A DNA stretch of 64,000 nt from Candidatus Azambacteria bacterium (lineage in GTDB: Bacteria; Patescibacteriota; Minisyncoccia; GWC2-36-17; M10-OD1-4), in assembly GCA_027048495.1 (NCBI GenBank), contig JALTWS010000011.1, positions 173 to 64,172 of the forward strand, written 5' to 3'. The notes under the pieces are model-generated. The model worked only from the letters and a program-made list of their open reading frames with translations. It had not been told where the DNA came from and made no database searches. This document shows, piece by piece, positions 55,740 to 64,000 of the stretch. Each line of letters begins with the position of its first letter. Within the stretch, counting starts at the first letter, position 1. A program made the translations under genes and the position numbers.

Positions 55740-56549
55740 ATGACATATTTGCCAAAAAACGGAAAAAATCATTTATCTTTTAAGAGGAAAATAGATAGGC
55801 TGTTTTACGGAAAAAGTTATGAAAGTATATTGTTTAACAATATACTTTTATTTATTTCTGCTTCGTTAATAGTTCTTGTTGTTTTTTCTTCTTTTTACCC
55901 TGAAAACAAAATTATAATAGCAATAGAGTTTTTTTTGGGAGTATTATTTTCTATTGAATATATTTTAAGATTTTGGGTTTCAAGAAACAAAATAAAGTAT
56001 GTTTTTTCTGTGCTTGGTTTGGTTGATGTTGTTGTTATATTATCTTTGTTTGCTCCCGCGTTTGTAACAAATTTAGGGTTTTTGAAAGTTTTAAGGTCGC
56101 TTCAGATTTTAAGGGTTTACAAAGCAAGCGGAAGCATAAAAAAATACAAAAAAAACGCTTTTATTATAAAAAATAAAGAGGTAATAATAGGAACTTTAAA
56201 TTTAATAGTGTTTTTGCTTTTGATGTCATCTTTGGTTTATACTTTTCAGTCTGATATAAATGACGGAATAAATAATTATCTTGATGCTATGTACTTTACA
56301 GTTACAACCCTTACAACAACCGGATTTGGAGATATTACTCCAGAAGGCTGGATAGGAAAGTTGCTTGCTATAGTTATTATGACATTTGGGCTTACTTTCT
56401 TTTTGAAGCTTGTAAAAAGCATATTTAAACGGCCAAAAAATTACTATCCTTGTCCAGATTGCGGCCTTGAAAAGCATGACATTGATGCTATTCACTGCAA
56501 GCACTGCGGGCATATTATAAAAAATAAAATGCTGGAAAATTTAGAATAA
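55740..56549 (+). CDS. Voltage-gated-like K+ channel subunit with C-terminal Zn ribbon
   Basis: S4-like LKVLRSLQILRVYK, pore helix and selectivity filter TTLTTTGFGD, C-terminal CPDCG...CKHCG. Confidence 0.6.
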   Translation: MTYLPKNGKNHLSFKRKIDRLFYGKSYESILFNNILLFISASLIVLVVFSSFYPENKIIIAIEFFLGVLFSIEYILRFWVSRNKIKYVFSVLGLVDVVVILSLFAPAFVTNLGFLKVLRSLQILRVYKASGSIKKYKKNAFIIKNKEVIIGTLNLIVFLLLMSSLVYTFQSDINDGINNYLDAMYFTVTTLTTTGFGDITPEGWIGKLLAIVIMTFGLTFFLKLVKSIFKRPKNYYPCPDCGLEKHDIDAIHCKHCGHIIKNKMLENLE

Positions 56550-56652
56550 TTTTTTCAAGATACAAAAGCGTATATTTATGCACAACTTTGTTTTTTTACT
56601 GTGATTTTTTTGGTATAATTTAAAAAGAGGGGAAGTAAAATACATAAAAAAC

Positions 56653-57768
56653 ATGCAAACTGAAAGTGCTTTGGGCAAAGAAGGCTTTTGTGATGATGAG
56701 TTTGATGTTGGTATTTCAGATGATTTTGAGCTTAAAGAAAAAATAGCCAGAAAAATAGCCAAAAAAGGAGACTATAGCCTAATTTTAGAAGAACTTAAAA
56801 AAAGAAATCTGCTTGCTGGGCAGGCAGAAAGGGTTTTTTCTTATGTTTCTGATATTGATTTTTTAACTGAAAAAGATCTGGAAATGCTTACTGTAATGGA
56901 GCTTTTTGACAAAATAACATTTGAGCATTGTGTTGAAACCTATAGGCTTGCAAAAGAGAAAATAGAAAAACCTTTAGAAGATGGTGTTGTTTTGACAGAT
57001 ATTATGCAAAAGCATGGAGTGAAAAAAGAAGCTTTTTTAAGAGCATGTCTTTTGCATGATGTTGGAAAAGTAAATATACCGGAATTTATATTAAACAACG
57101 AGCTTGCAGAAAACCAGTGGACAGAGGAGCTTTGCAGTATTATTTTTGACGAAAATGACAAAAGGTTAAAGCAGGTTATTTTATCAAACACCAACATTCC
57201 AAAAAGCGCTTTTGAGGGTAAGAAATCTTTTTTGGAAGCTTTTTTAAAAAGCAGGGAAAGAGCAATTGATTTTGTTCCTGTGGGGGCTGTTTTGTCAAGC
57301 AGAGAAAGAGAAGAGTTAAAAGAAAAAGGATTTTCTGAAAACATGACTCTCAAGCAAATTGTTTGTTACCATGAAGTTTTTTCAGAACAAATATTAAAAG
57401 AATATGGGTTTGGCATTGAGGCAGAGCTTGCGGGCAGGCATCATAATTATAGACAAAAAAATGCTTTAAAATTAGAAGCTTCAATTTCAAACTCATCGGT
57501 TAATATTAATTTTAATTTGTCAGACATAATAAGGCTTGTTGATGTCCAGCAGGCGCTTGAGCAAAAAAGGCCTTACAAAAACAGCTATCCAAAGCCAAAA
57601 GTTCTTGCAGAACTTATCTGGCAGGCAGAAAAAGGATTTACAAACAAATACATAACATATCTTTGGGTAAAAGATGAGCTTACAAGCATTAAAGAAAAAG
57701 ACAAAACATACGATGGTTATAAAAAAGATATGAGACAGATTGAGGATTTTATAAAAATGTATTCATAA
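56653..57768 (+). CDS. HD-domain phosphohydrolase-like protein
   Basis: H...HD motif (EHCVETYRLA ... LLHDVGK) and downstream Asp; 371 aa. Confidence 0.5.
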   Translation: MQTESALGKEGFCDDEFDVGISDDFELKEKIARKIAKKGDYSLILEELKKRNLLAGQAERVFSYVSDIDFLTEKDLEMLTVMELFDKITFEHCVETYRLAKEKIEKPLEDGVVLTDIMQKHGVKKEAFLRACLLHDVGKVNIPEFILNNELAENQWTEELCSIIFDENDKRLKQVILSNTNIPKSAFEGKKSFLEAFLKSRERAIDFVPVGAVLSSREREELKEKGFSENMTLKQIVCYHEVFSEQILKEYGFGIEAELAGRHHNYRQKNALKLEASISNSSVNINFNLSDIIRLVDVQQALEQKRPYKNSYPKPKVLAELIWQAEKGFTNKYITYLWVKDELTSIKEKDKTYDGYKKDMRQIEDFIKMYS

Positions 57769-58790
57769 TGTCCATAATTTCAAAAACTAAAATTAATGAC
57801 AAAGAGATATTAAAAAATTTTTCTCTTGACAAAAAAGAGAAAAATTTTGTTTTAAGGCAAAGAAAAGAAATAAAAGATATATTATCCTCAAAAGACAGGA
57901 GGCTTATTGTCATTGTCGGTCCTTGTTCTGCTTGGCCTTATGATGCTACTGTTGAGTATGCTTTGAAAATAAAAAAAATAGAAGAAAGTACAAATGATAA
58001 ATTAAAAATAGTCCTTAGAGTTTATACACAAAAGCCAAGAACTCAAAAAGGTTGGACAGGAGTTATAAATCAGCCTGATCCTTTTTCTGAGCCAAATATA
58101 AAAAAAGGCGCTTTGTACGCAAGAGGGCTAATGAAAAAGATAACTTCTTTTGAACTTCCTATTGCAGATGAGGTTTTATTTACTCATAAGCTAAAATGGA
58201 TAGAAGAGTATTTGTCTTGGGTTGCTATTGGAGCAAGGAGTTCAGAAGACCAAGAGCACAGAGTGCTTGCATCTTCTTTGGATATTCCAGTTGGCATGAA
58301 AAATCCAACCTCTGGTTTTTTAGACATAGGAGTAAACAGCGTTGTTTCTGCTCAATCTAGCCACTGCTTTTATCTTGACGGGTATCAGGTAAAAACAAGC
58401 GGAAATAAATTTGCCCACTTAGTTTTAAGAGGAGGAAAAACAGGGCCTAATTTTCAAATTAAGTTTATAAATGAAGCAGAGAAATTGTTTTTAAAAAACA
58501 AAGTTAAAAATCCGTCAATTATAATAGATGCAAGCCATGACAATTCAAAAAAGGATCCAAAAAAGCAGATAGATGTTGTTAAAAAAACGCTTCTTAATAT
58601 CAAAAAAGAGAAGTCAGCCAAAAAGCTAATAAAAGGATTTTTAATAGAAAGTTTTTTAAAAGAAGGTAGACAGGACATTAAAAAGCTAAACAAAAATACT
58701 GTAAACAGAAACGGACTTTCTATAACCGATCCCTGTCTTGGATTTGAAAAAACCAAAAAATTAATTGAGTTTATTTACAAATCTTTATAA
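57768..58790 (+). CDS. aroG: 3-deoxy-7-phosphoheptulonate (DAHP) synthase, class I (AroG/F/H type)
   Basis: VGPCS...EYA, KPRTQKGWTGVINQP, IGARSSEDQEHRVLASSLDIPVGMKNPTSG, HCFYLD...LRGG align with E. coli AroG over the full length. Confidence 0.85.
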   Translation: MSIISKTKINDKEILKNFSLDKKEKNFVLRQRKEIKDILSSKDRRLIVIVGPCSAWPYDATVEYALKIKKIEESTNDKLKIVLRVYTQKPRTQKGWTGVINQPDPFSEPNIKKGALYARGLMKKITSFELPIADEVLFTHKLKWIEEYLSWVAIGARSSEDQEHRVLASSLDIPVGMKNPTSGFLDIGVNSVVSAQSSHCFYLDGYQVKTSGNKFAHLVLRGGKTGPNFQIKFINEAEKLFLKNKVKNPSIIIDASHDNSKKDPKKQIDVVKKTLLNIKKEKSAKKLIKGFLIESFLKEGRQDIKKLNKNTVNRNGLSITDPCLGFEKTKKLIEFIYKSL

Positions 58791-58802
58791 TTTTTCGCAC
58801 AA

Positions 58803-59081
58803 ATGAAAAAGAAAATTTATATATTTTTATTTTCCATTTTAGGTGCTTTGGTTGGGTTTTTGGCAAAAGGCTTGGTTGAACTTAAAGCTATAGAGCTTTT
58901 GCTTTTTAACTTTGAAAAATATAGCTTTGGCATGAGTTTTGAAAATATAGTTATTTTGCACAATGCTTTTTCTTTTTTAGCTTTGTTTTTAGGTGCTTTG
59001 GTTGGATTCTTTCAAGGGAAATACTGGTGGAGGATTTTGTATGAGAAAAAAACAAAAGATAGGCAAAATATTACTTATTGA
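58803..59081 (+). CDS. Small membrane protein, hypothetical
   Basis: Two hydrophobic helices, 92 aa. Confidence 0.3.
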   Translation: MKKKIYIFLFSILGALVGFLAKGLVELKAIELLLFNFEKYSFGMSFENIVILHNAFSFLALFLGALVGFFQGKYWWRILYEKKTKDRQNITY

Positions 59082-59749
59082 CTGTTTTTTTCTATTGCTT
59101 GATCAAAAAGCTCCGGTTTTTCTGGATGGTGCGAATCCATTGTTTTGATAAATTCTTCTTTGCTTAGTTGAAGCCTTGGGTTGTTTTCTTTTTCATGTTT
59201 TATGGTGGAATATTCTCTATTTTTGTAGTCATGAGCAGGGTATACTTTAGTATCATCTGGAAGTATCATTAATTTTCCCCAAAGAGTATTGTGCAGGTCA
59301 ATGCTGTCTCCAAGTTGGAAATCTGTTCTGCCGGTTCCTTCTATTAGGAGCGCGTCTCCTGTAAATACTGCTCCGTTAACATACAAAGATATGCTTTCGT
59401 TTGTGTGTCCTGGAGTATGCATTATTTTAATTTTTGTGTTTCCAAGCTCAATAAAATAGTCATCATCAACTTCAATATCTTTTCTTTTTGACGGAGAGTT
59501 CTTGTGCATTACTATTTTTGCTTTTGTTTTTTCTTTCAATTCCTTTGAAGACGATATATGATCGGCGTGGGTGTGAGTTTCAAAAATATACTTTACTTTT
59601 AAGTTGTTGTCATTTATGTATTTTAAGTATTCATCTGTTGGCACTTCTTCTGATGGGTCTATTATTATAGCTTCTTTTGATTGTTCATCAAAAAGTATAT
59701 ATGAAAGACACCCTCTTTTTGATCTGAATTGTTTTATTGTATATGTCAT
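59075..59749 (-). CDS. MBL-fold metallo-hydrolase (glyoxalase II-like)
   Basis: HTHADH motif (ETHTHADHISS), HTPGHT, downstream His/Asp ligands. Confidence 0.8.
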   Translation of the reverse strand: MTYTIKQFRSKRGCLSYILFDEQSKEAIIIDPSEEVPTDEYLKYINDNNLKVKYIFETHTHADHISSSKELKEKTKAKIVMHKNSPSKRKDIEVDDDYFIELGNTKIKIMHTPGHTNESISLYVNGAVFTGDALLIEGTGRTDFQLGDSIDLHNTLWGKLMILPDDTKVYPAHDYKNREYSTIKHEKENNPRLQLSKEEFIKTMDSHHPEKPELFDQAIEKNSQ

Positions 59750-59818
59750 TTTTTTTAAAGTTAATTTTCCTCTATCTTATTGTATACTTTATTCTGTTTT
59801 TTTACAAACTCATTATTT

Positions 59819-59852
59819 GCTTGCCCAACTTGTGATTGCGGATTGGGCAAGC
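59819..59852. other. 10-bp perfect hairpin in a divergent intergenic region
   Basis: GCTTGCCCAA-cttgtgattgcgga-TTGGGCAAGC. Confidence 0.5.
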
Positions 59853-59927
59853 GAAATGGTATAGTGAATAATTGAATACATTTTTTAAAAAATGTCATAA
59901 TACTTAAATAACAGTAAAATTTAACAA

Positions 59928-60173
59928 ATGCTTAAGTATATATTTTTTATAGTCATACTGGCTTTTGTGTTTGTATTTTTTTATTTTAATTTCCAAAAAA
60001 AGCCGGAAATAATTGACTTTTTTGCTTGTAGTGATTATTGTCCAAAGCCAAAAGAGGATTATATAATAAAAATATACAAAGGAGTGTCTTCAAAAAAGGA
60101 ATGTGAAAAACTAAACGGCGAGTTTTATGAATTTTACGGATGGAAAAAATACCAGGTTTGCAAAGCAAAATAA
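59928..60173 (+). CDS. Small secreted Cys-containing protein, hypothetical
   Basis: N-terminal hydrophobic signal/anchor; 5 Cys; 81 aa. Confidence 0.35.
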   Translation: MLKYIFFIVILAFVFVFFYFNFQKKPEIIDFFACSDYCPKPKEDYIIKIYKGVSSKKECEKLNGEFYEFYGWKKYQVCKAK

Positions 60174-60186
60174 CCATTTATCTCCT

Positions 60187-60224
60187 TTACTTAACTTTCT
60201 CACGATCGTGAGAAAGTTAAGTAA
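60187..60224. repeat. 38-bp perfect palindrome, copy 3
   Basis: Identical to 46160-46197 and 54218-54255. Confidence 0.9.
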
Positions 60225-60290
60225 AGGGGGTGTTTTTGTGTTTGGGGCGGTGGGTTGACTTTTTTTTGTTGTTTTGTATACTTTAAGCTA

Positions 60291-60416
60291 AACAAACAAC
60301 AAACCGTAGACAAGAGGCATAAAAATAAGACCTCTTTAGGTTGGCAACAAGCTTTTGTTGTTTTTTGTCTACGGCCTTAAAGGTCGTTTTATTTTTTAAA
60401 AACAAAGTATAATTTT
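60291..60416 (+). promoter_or_regulatory. rplJ leader (candidate L10(L12)4 autoregulatory leader) with upstream sigma70-like promoter
   Basis: TTGACT-17-TATACT at 60255-60282. The leader contains the 10-bp inverted repeat CCGTAGACAA (60304) and TTGTCTACGG (60366) enclosing about 50 nt, then GGCCTTAAAGGTC. Confidence 0.45.
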
Positions 60417-60950
60417 ATGGCGTTAACAAGAAAACAAAAAGAAGAAATAGTAGTATCCGTAAAAGAGAAGCTAAAAAGCCAAAAAGCGGCTGTTTTTACA
60501 GATTTTACAGGCCTTTCGGTTTCTAAAATGCAGGAGCTCAAAAAAAAATTAAAAGACAACAATGCTGAGTACAAAGTTGTCAAAAAAAACCTCCTTGCAA
60601 AAGCAACAGAAGATCTTAAAATAGAAGGTCTTAATCCAAAAGCTTTTGAAGGTTCTGTTGGAATTGCTTTTTCTTATGATGATGAGGTTGTTCCAGCAAA
60701 GATTGTAAGTGAATTTGCAAAGCAAGACGGAATAGGGGAGTTTAAAATTATCGGGGGAATTTTGGAAAACAAGGCTGTTTCTGTTGATGAAGTTGTGGCT
60801 TTGGCAAAGCTACCTTCAAAAGAACAGCTTTTGGCAAATTTACTTGCTCAAATGAATGCTCCTGTTTCTGGATTTGTAAATGTTCTTGCTGGAAATTTGA
60901 GGAATTTAGTTTATGTTTTAAATTCTATAAAAGAAGCAAAAGCAAAATAA
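60417..60950 (+). CDS. rplJ: 50S ribosomal protein L10
   Basis: MALTRKQKEEIV...AVFTDFTGLSV..., 177 aa, upstream of rplL. Confidence 0.9.
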   Translation: MALTRKQKEEIVVSVKEKLKSQKAAVFTDFTGLSVSKMQELKKKLKDNNAEYKVVKKNLLAKATEDLKIEGLNPKAFEGSVGIAFSYDDEVVPAKIVSEFAKQDGIGEFKIIGGILENKAVSVDEVVALAKLPSKEQLLANLLAQMNAPVSGFVNVLAGNLRNLVYVLNSIKEAKAK

Positions 60951-60972
60951 AAGTTAACTTTAATAAACAAAA

Positions 60973-61012
60973 TTACGTAATTACGTCCGTACTTACGTCC
61001 GTACTTACGTAA
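60973..61012. repeat. ACGTAATTACGT palindrome plus 2 x CCGTACTTACGT direct repeat in the rplJ-rplL spacer
   Basis: Seen directly: acgtaattacgt ccgtacttacgt ccgtacttacgt. Confidence 0.7.
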
Positions 61013-61028
61013 GATAAAATTAAAAAAT

Positions 61029-61448
61029 ATGTCAGAAGAAGTAGAAAAAAAAGATATTGAAGTTCCTGCTAAGTTTAAGGATATAGTAGAAGCAATAGAA
61101 AAACTTAGCGTCATTGAGCTTTCAGAGCTTGTTAAGGTTTTAGAAGATAAATTCGGCGTTTCTGCATCTGCTCCAATGGCAGTTGCCGCTGTTCCAGCAG
61201 CGGGAGGCGGAGCTGGAGATGAAGGAGGGGCTGAAAAGACAGAATTTACGGTTGAGTTAAAAGACGCCGGAGACCAAAAGATACAGGTTATCAAGGCAGT
61301 TCGCGAGATAACAGGGCTTGGTCTTAAAGAAGCAAAAGACTTAGTTGATGGAGCTCCAAAGGCTATAAAAGAAGGAGTTAAAAAAGAAGAGGCAGAAGAG
61401 ATGAAAAAGAAGCTTGAAGAAGCAGGTGCTGTAGTTGAGTTAAAATAG
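61029..61448 (+). CDS. rplL: 50S ribosomal protein L7/L12
   Basis: N-terminal dimerisation helix, Ala/Gly hinge, C-terminal [43 protein letters not shown]. Confidence 0.95.
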   Translation: MSEEVEKKDIEVPAKFKDIVEAIEKLSVIELSELVKVLEDKFGVSASAPMAVAAVPAAGGGAGDEGGAEKTEFTVELKDAGDQKIQVIKAVREITGLGLKEAKDLVDGAPKAIKEGVKKEEAEEMKKKLEEAGAVVELK

Positions 61449-61461
61449 CAAACTTCAAATG

Positions 61462-61497
61462 ACGCGTCCTGTGCTCTTTTTGCAGGGCGCGTTATTT
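61462..61497 (+). terminator. Hairpin terminator after rplL
   Basis: ACGCGTCCTG-11-nt loop-CAGGGCGCGT (10 bp, one G-U) followed by TTATTT. Confidence 0.55.
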
Positions 61498-61504
61498 AAA
61501 ATAT

Positions 61505-62251
61505 ATGGACAAGATATATGTAGAGCTGTCTGCTGAAAAAATTACAGAATTTTTAGGCATACCGATAACTGATGCGTTGTTGGCAAGCTGGATTGTTGTT
61601 TTTTTGGTTGTTTTGGGAGCTTTGTTTTCAAGAAAAAAGATAAAATTAATTCCGGGAAAGATTCAGGTATTATTTGAGTTTCTTATTTTGTATGTAAAAG
61701 ATTACATGACAGAAACTTTAGAAAGTGAGAGATTGGCAAAAAAATTTCTTCCTTTTGTACTTACAATATTTTTGTTTATATTTTTTGCCAATATGTTTGG
61801 TTTTTTGCCGGGAATAGGCAGTATTGGTATTTACGAAACTATTGGGGAAGAAAAAGAATTTATATCTTTGCTAAGGCCAGTTAATACTGATCTTAATGTA
61901 ACAGTTGCGCTTGCTATAATATCTTTTGTTGTTATAGAGGTTACTGGAGTTGCAACTTTAGGTTTCTTGAAATATTTTTCAAAATTTGTTAATTTTAAGT
62001 CTCCGCTTGCTTTTTTGATAGGAATAATAGAACTTTTTTCTGAGATTGCAAGGTTGATTGCTTTTTCTTTCCGTCTTTTTGGAAATATGTTTGCCGGTAA
62101 GGTTTTGGTGCTTGTTGTTATGTTTTTTGTTCCTTATTTGCTTCCTGTCCCGATATTGCTTTTTGAGGTGTTTGTTGGTTTTATCCAAGCGGCGATATTT
62201 GCCTTGCTTACCTTGTTTTTTATCAAAATAGCGATAACAGAACCGCATTAA
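61505..62251 (+). CDS. atpB: F-type ATP synthase subunit a
   Basis: 5-TM protein with conserved Arg in FSFRLFGNMFAGK and C-terminal Q/E helix. Confidence 0.85.
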   Translation: MDKIYVELSAEKITEFLGIPITDALLASWIVVFLVVLGALFSRKKIKLIPGKIQVLFEFLILYVKDYMTETLESERLAKKFLPFVLTIFLFIFFANMFGFLPGIGSIGIYETIGEEKEFISLLRPVNTDLNVTVALAIISFVVIEVTGVATLGFLKYFSKFVNFKSPLAFLIGIIELFSEIARLIAFSFRLFGNMFAGKVLVLVVMFFVPYLLPVPILLFEVFVGFIQAAIFALLTLFFIKIAITEPH

Positions 62252-62270
62252 ATAATAATTAATTTTTTAA

Positions 62271-62504
<234 letters not shown>

Positions 62505-62519
62505 AAACTAGGATAAAAA

Positions 62520-62963
62520 ATGGAAGAGGTTTTAAAAGTATTTGGGATAAAGTGGGAGTTGATTTTAATCCAAATTGTTAACTTTGGAATAGTTTTGTGG
62601 GTTTTGTATAAATTTGTGTACAAGCCTATATTTAGAATTGTTGAAAAAAGGGAAGAAAAGATAAAAAAAGGAATAAAAGAGGCAGAGCTTGCAGAACAAA
62701 AACTAAAAGAAGCAGAAGAGAAAAAAGCAAGGATACTATCTGATGCTTCAAAGACGGCAGAAAGCATAATTGAAACTTCAAAAACAAGAGCAGAAGAATT
62801 GAAGCAAACTGTCCAAAAAGAGGCCGAAGAGAAAAAAGAAAAGCTAATAAAAGAAGCTAAATTGCAAGCAGAACATGAAAAGGCAAAAATAATAAAAGAA
62901 AGCCAAAAAGAAATAGCAAAGCTTGCAATTTTGTCTGCTGAGAAAATATTAAAAGAGAAATAA
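62520..62963 (+). CDS. atpF: F-type ATP synthase subunit b
   Basis: N-terminal TM then a long charged coiled coil; positioned between atpE and atpH. Confidence 0.8.
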   Translation: MEEVLKVFGIKWELILIQIVNFGIVLWVLYKFVYKPIFRIVEKREEKIKKGIKEAELAEQKLKEAEEKKARILSDASKTAESIIETSKTRAEELKQTVQKEAEEKKEKLIKEAKLQAEHEKAKIIKESQKEIAKLAILSAEKILKEK

Positions 62964-62965
62964 AT

Positions 62966-63358
62966 ATGCAGGTTGCAAAAATATACGCCAAAGCGCTTTA
63001 TGACTTGACCAAAAAAGCAAGAGGCGAAAAACAGGAGAAAATATTTAATAATTTTGTAAATTTATTAAAGTCAAAAGGGCATTATTCTTTGATGCCTTTG
63101 ATATTTAAACATTTGAAATTGCTTGTTGAAAAAGACAAATTAGATAACATAGATTTAATAGTTGCAAAAGAAAATGACTTTGAAAAATATTTTAAAAAAG
63201 CGGATAATTTCAAAAAGCATTTTTATCCAAAAAAAGAAATAAAAAAAGTTATAGACAGTTCTATTGTTGGAGGCTTTATTATAAAAACAAAAGAGCTTAT
63301 GGTTGATAAAAGTTATAAGAGAAGTTTAATAAATTTATACAATAACATAATAAAATGA
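62966..63358 (+). CDS. atpH: F-type ATP synthase subunit delta (OSCP), short form
   Basis: IYAKALYDL N-terminus and C-terminal VIDSSIVGGFIIKTKELMVDKSYKRSL; ATGA overlap with atpA. Confidence 0.65.
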   Translation: MQVAKIYAKALYDLTKKARGEKQEKIFNNFVNLLKSKGHYSLMPLIFKHLKLLVEKDKLDNIDLIVAKENDFEKYFKKADNFKKHFYPKKEIKKVIDSSIVGGFIIKTKELMVDKSYKRSLINLYNNIIK

Positions 63359-64000
63359 ACAATTATATTATAGAAAAAATAAAAAAAGAAATAGAAAATT
63401 TCTCTCCCAAAACAGAGGCGGAAAAAACTGGTGTTGTTGTTAAGGTTGCAGATGGAATTTGTGAAGTAGAAGGGTTGTCTGATGTTATGATGTCAGAGAT
63501 GGTGCTTTTTGATAACAAGCAGGGAAGAGAAGTAAAAGAAATAATAGAAGATCCAAGTACCATAGTTGGTCTTGCTCTTAATCTTGAGGAAGATGTTGTA
63601 AAGGTTGTGATTTTGGGTGATACAAGCAAAATAAAAGAAGGCATGACAGCAAAAAGCACAGGAAAGGTCTTGTCTGTTCCAGTTTCAAGTATGTATATTG
63701 GCAGAGTGCTAGATGCTCTTGCAAATCCAATAGATGGATTGGGAAGCATTGAGGCAAAACAGACAAGAGAAATAGAAAAAAAGGCTTATGGCGTGATGGA
63801 CAGATCTCCTGTGAACACTCCGTTGCATACCGGAATAAAAGCTATTGATTCTATGATACCTATAGGAAGAGGGCAAAGAGAGCTTATAATTGGAGACAGA
63901 TATACTGGAAAAACTACAATAGCAATAGACACAATACTGAACCAAAAAAACGAACCAGAAGATAAAAGACCAATATGTATATATGTTGCAATAGGGCAAA
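63355..64000 (+). CDS. atpA: F-type ATP synthase subunit alpha, N-terminal 215 codons (continues beyond window)
   Basis: Frame open from ATG 63355 to the window end; ...GRVLDALANPIDG...PVNTPLHTGIKAIDSMIPIGRGQRELIIGDRYTGKTTIAIDTI (Walker A GDRYTGKT). Confidence 0.9.
   Translation, partial: MNNYIIEKIKKEIENFSPKTEAEKTGVVVKVADGICEVEGLSDVMMSEMVLFDNKQGREVKEIIEDPSTIVGLALNLEEDVVKVVILGDTSKIKEGMTAKSTGKVLSVPVSSMYIGRVLDALANPIDGLGSIEAKQTREIEKKAYGVMDRSPVNTPLHTGIKAIDSMIPIGRGQRELIIGDRYTGKTTIAIDTILNQKNEPEDKRPICIYVAIGQ

Overview
This is a 64-kb, very AT-rich (about 30-35% GC), gene-dense window with strong strand bias: all but two CDS lie on the + strand. Gene content is mostly housekeeping and reads like a reduced-genome, CPR/Patescibacteria-like bacterium. 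That taxonomic guess is inferred from composition and gene content only. The standard genetic code is in use: RF2 (prfB) is present with its canonical CTT-TGA-C +1 frameshift, and TGA is used as a stop.

Housekeeping genes identified:
- Nucleotide and lipid-carrier metabolism: dut, dgkA-like kinase, PAP2 phosphatase.
- Translation and RNA modification: prfB, rsuA-like, dus, rsmE, tgt, efp (minus strand), rplJ and rplL with an L10 leader, tRNA-Thr(CGU), tRNA-Gln(CUG).
- Cell division and envelope: ftsEX, murC, murB, glmS, alr, secDF.
- DNA repair and chaperones: nfo, xseAB, udg (family 4), clpB preceded by a perfect CIRCE operator, obg.
- Energy: the start of an F-type ATP synthase operon, atpB-E-F-H-A (atpA runs off the window).

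Accessory and unusual content:
- Integrated-element remnant: a decayed IS481/IS3-like integrase-core remnant plus a hicB-hicA toxin-antitoxin pair sits between tRNA-Thr and prfB.
- Candidate regulator-operator system: a 1.28-kb non-coding AT-rich region and a DeoR-like winged-helix regulator are flanked by three convergent arrays of GGAAAT hexamers phased exactly 11 bp apart. One array lies upstream of a 1155-aa Thr/Ser-rich repetitive secreted protein that may be an S-layer protein or adhesin.
- Candidate surface glycosylation locus: directly downstream of that protein are three tandem paralogs of Wzy_C-type (O-antigen ligase / PglL-like O-oligosaccharyltransferase) membrane proteins with C-terminal TPR domains, plus a small TPR protein.
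- DNA-translocase-like operon: a three-gene operon encodes a sigma-region-4/HARE-HTH protein, a membrane protein, and an FtsK/HerA/VirD4-superfamily P-loop ATPase with a C-terminal Zn ribbon.
- Repeat families: several families of long perfect palindromes, two of them sharing a CACGATCGTG core (one 38-bp palindrome is present three times). There are also CCTAGG-based 12-bp tandem repeats at two loci.
- MITE-like element: a 150-bp element with 27-bp perfect terminal inverted repeats and a GC-rich core is embedded in the 5' end of a lamin-tail-domain protein gene.
- Palindrome inside a CDS: a palindromic element is inserted in-frame inside dus.
- Missed gene: a lysine-rich histone-H1-like small protein gene at 52966..53127 is absent from the ORF track.
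- Leaderless starts: several genes appear to be leaderless, with an extended -10 (TGnTATAAT) ending 6-8 nt before the ATG.
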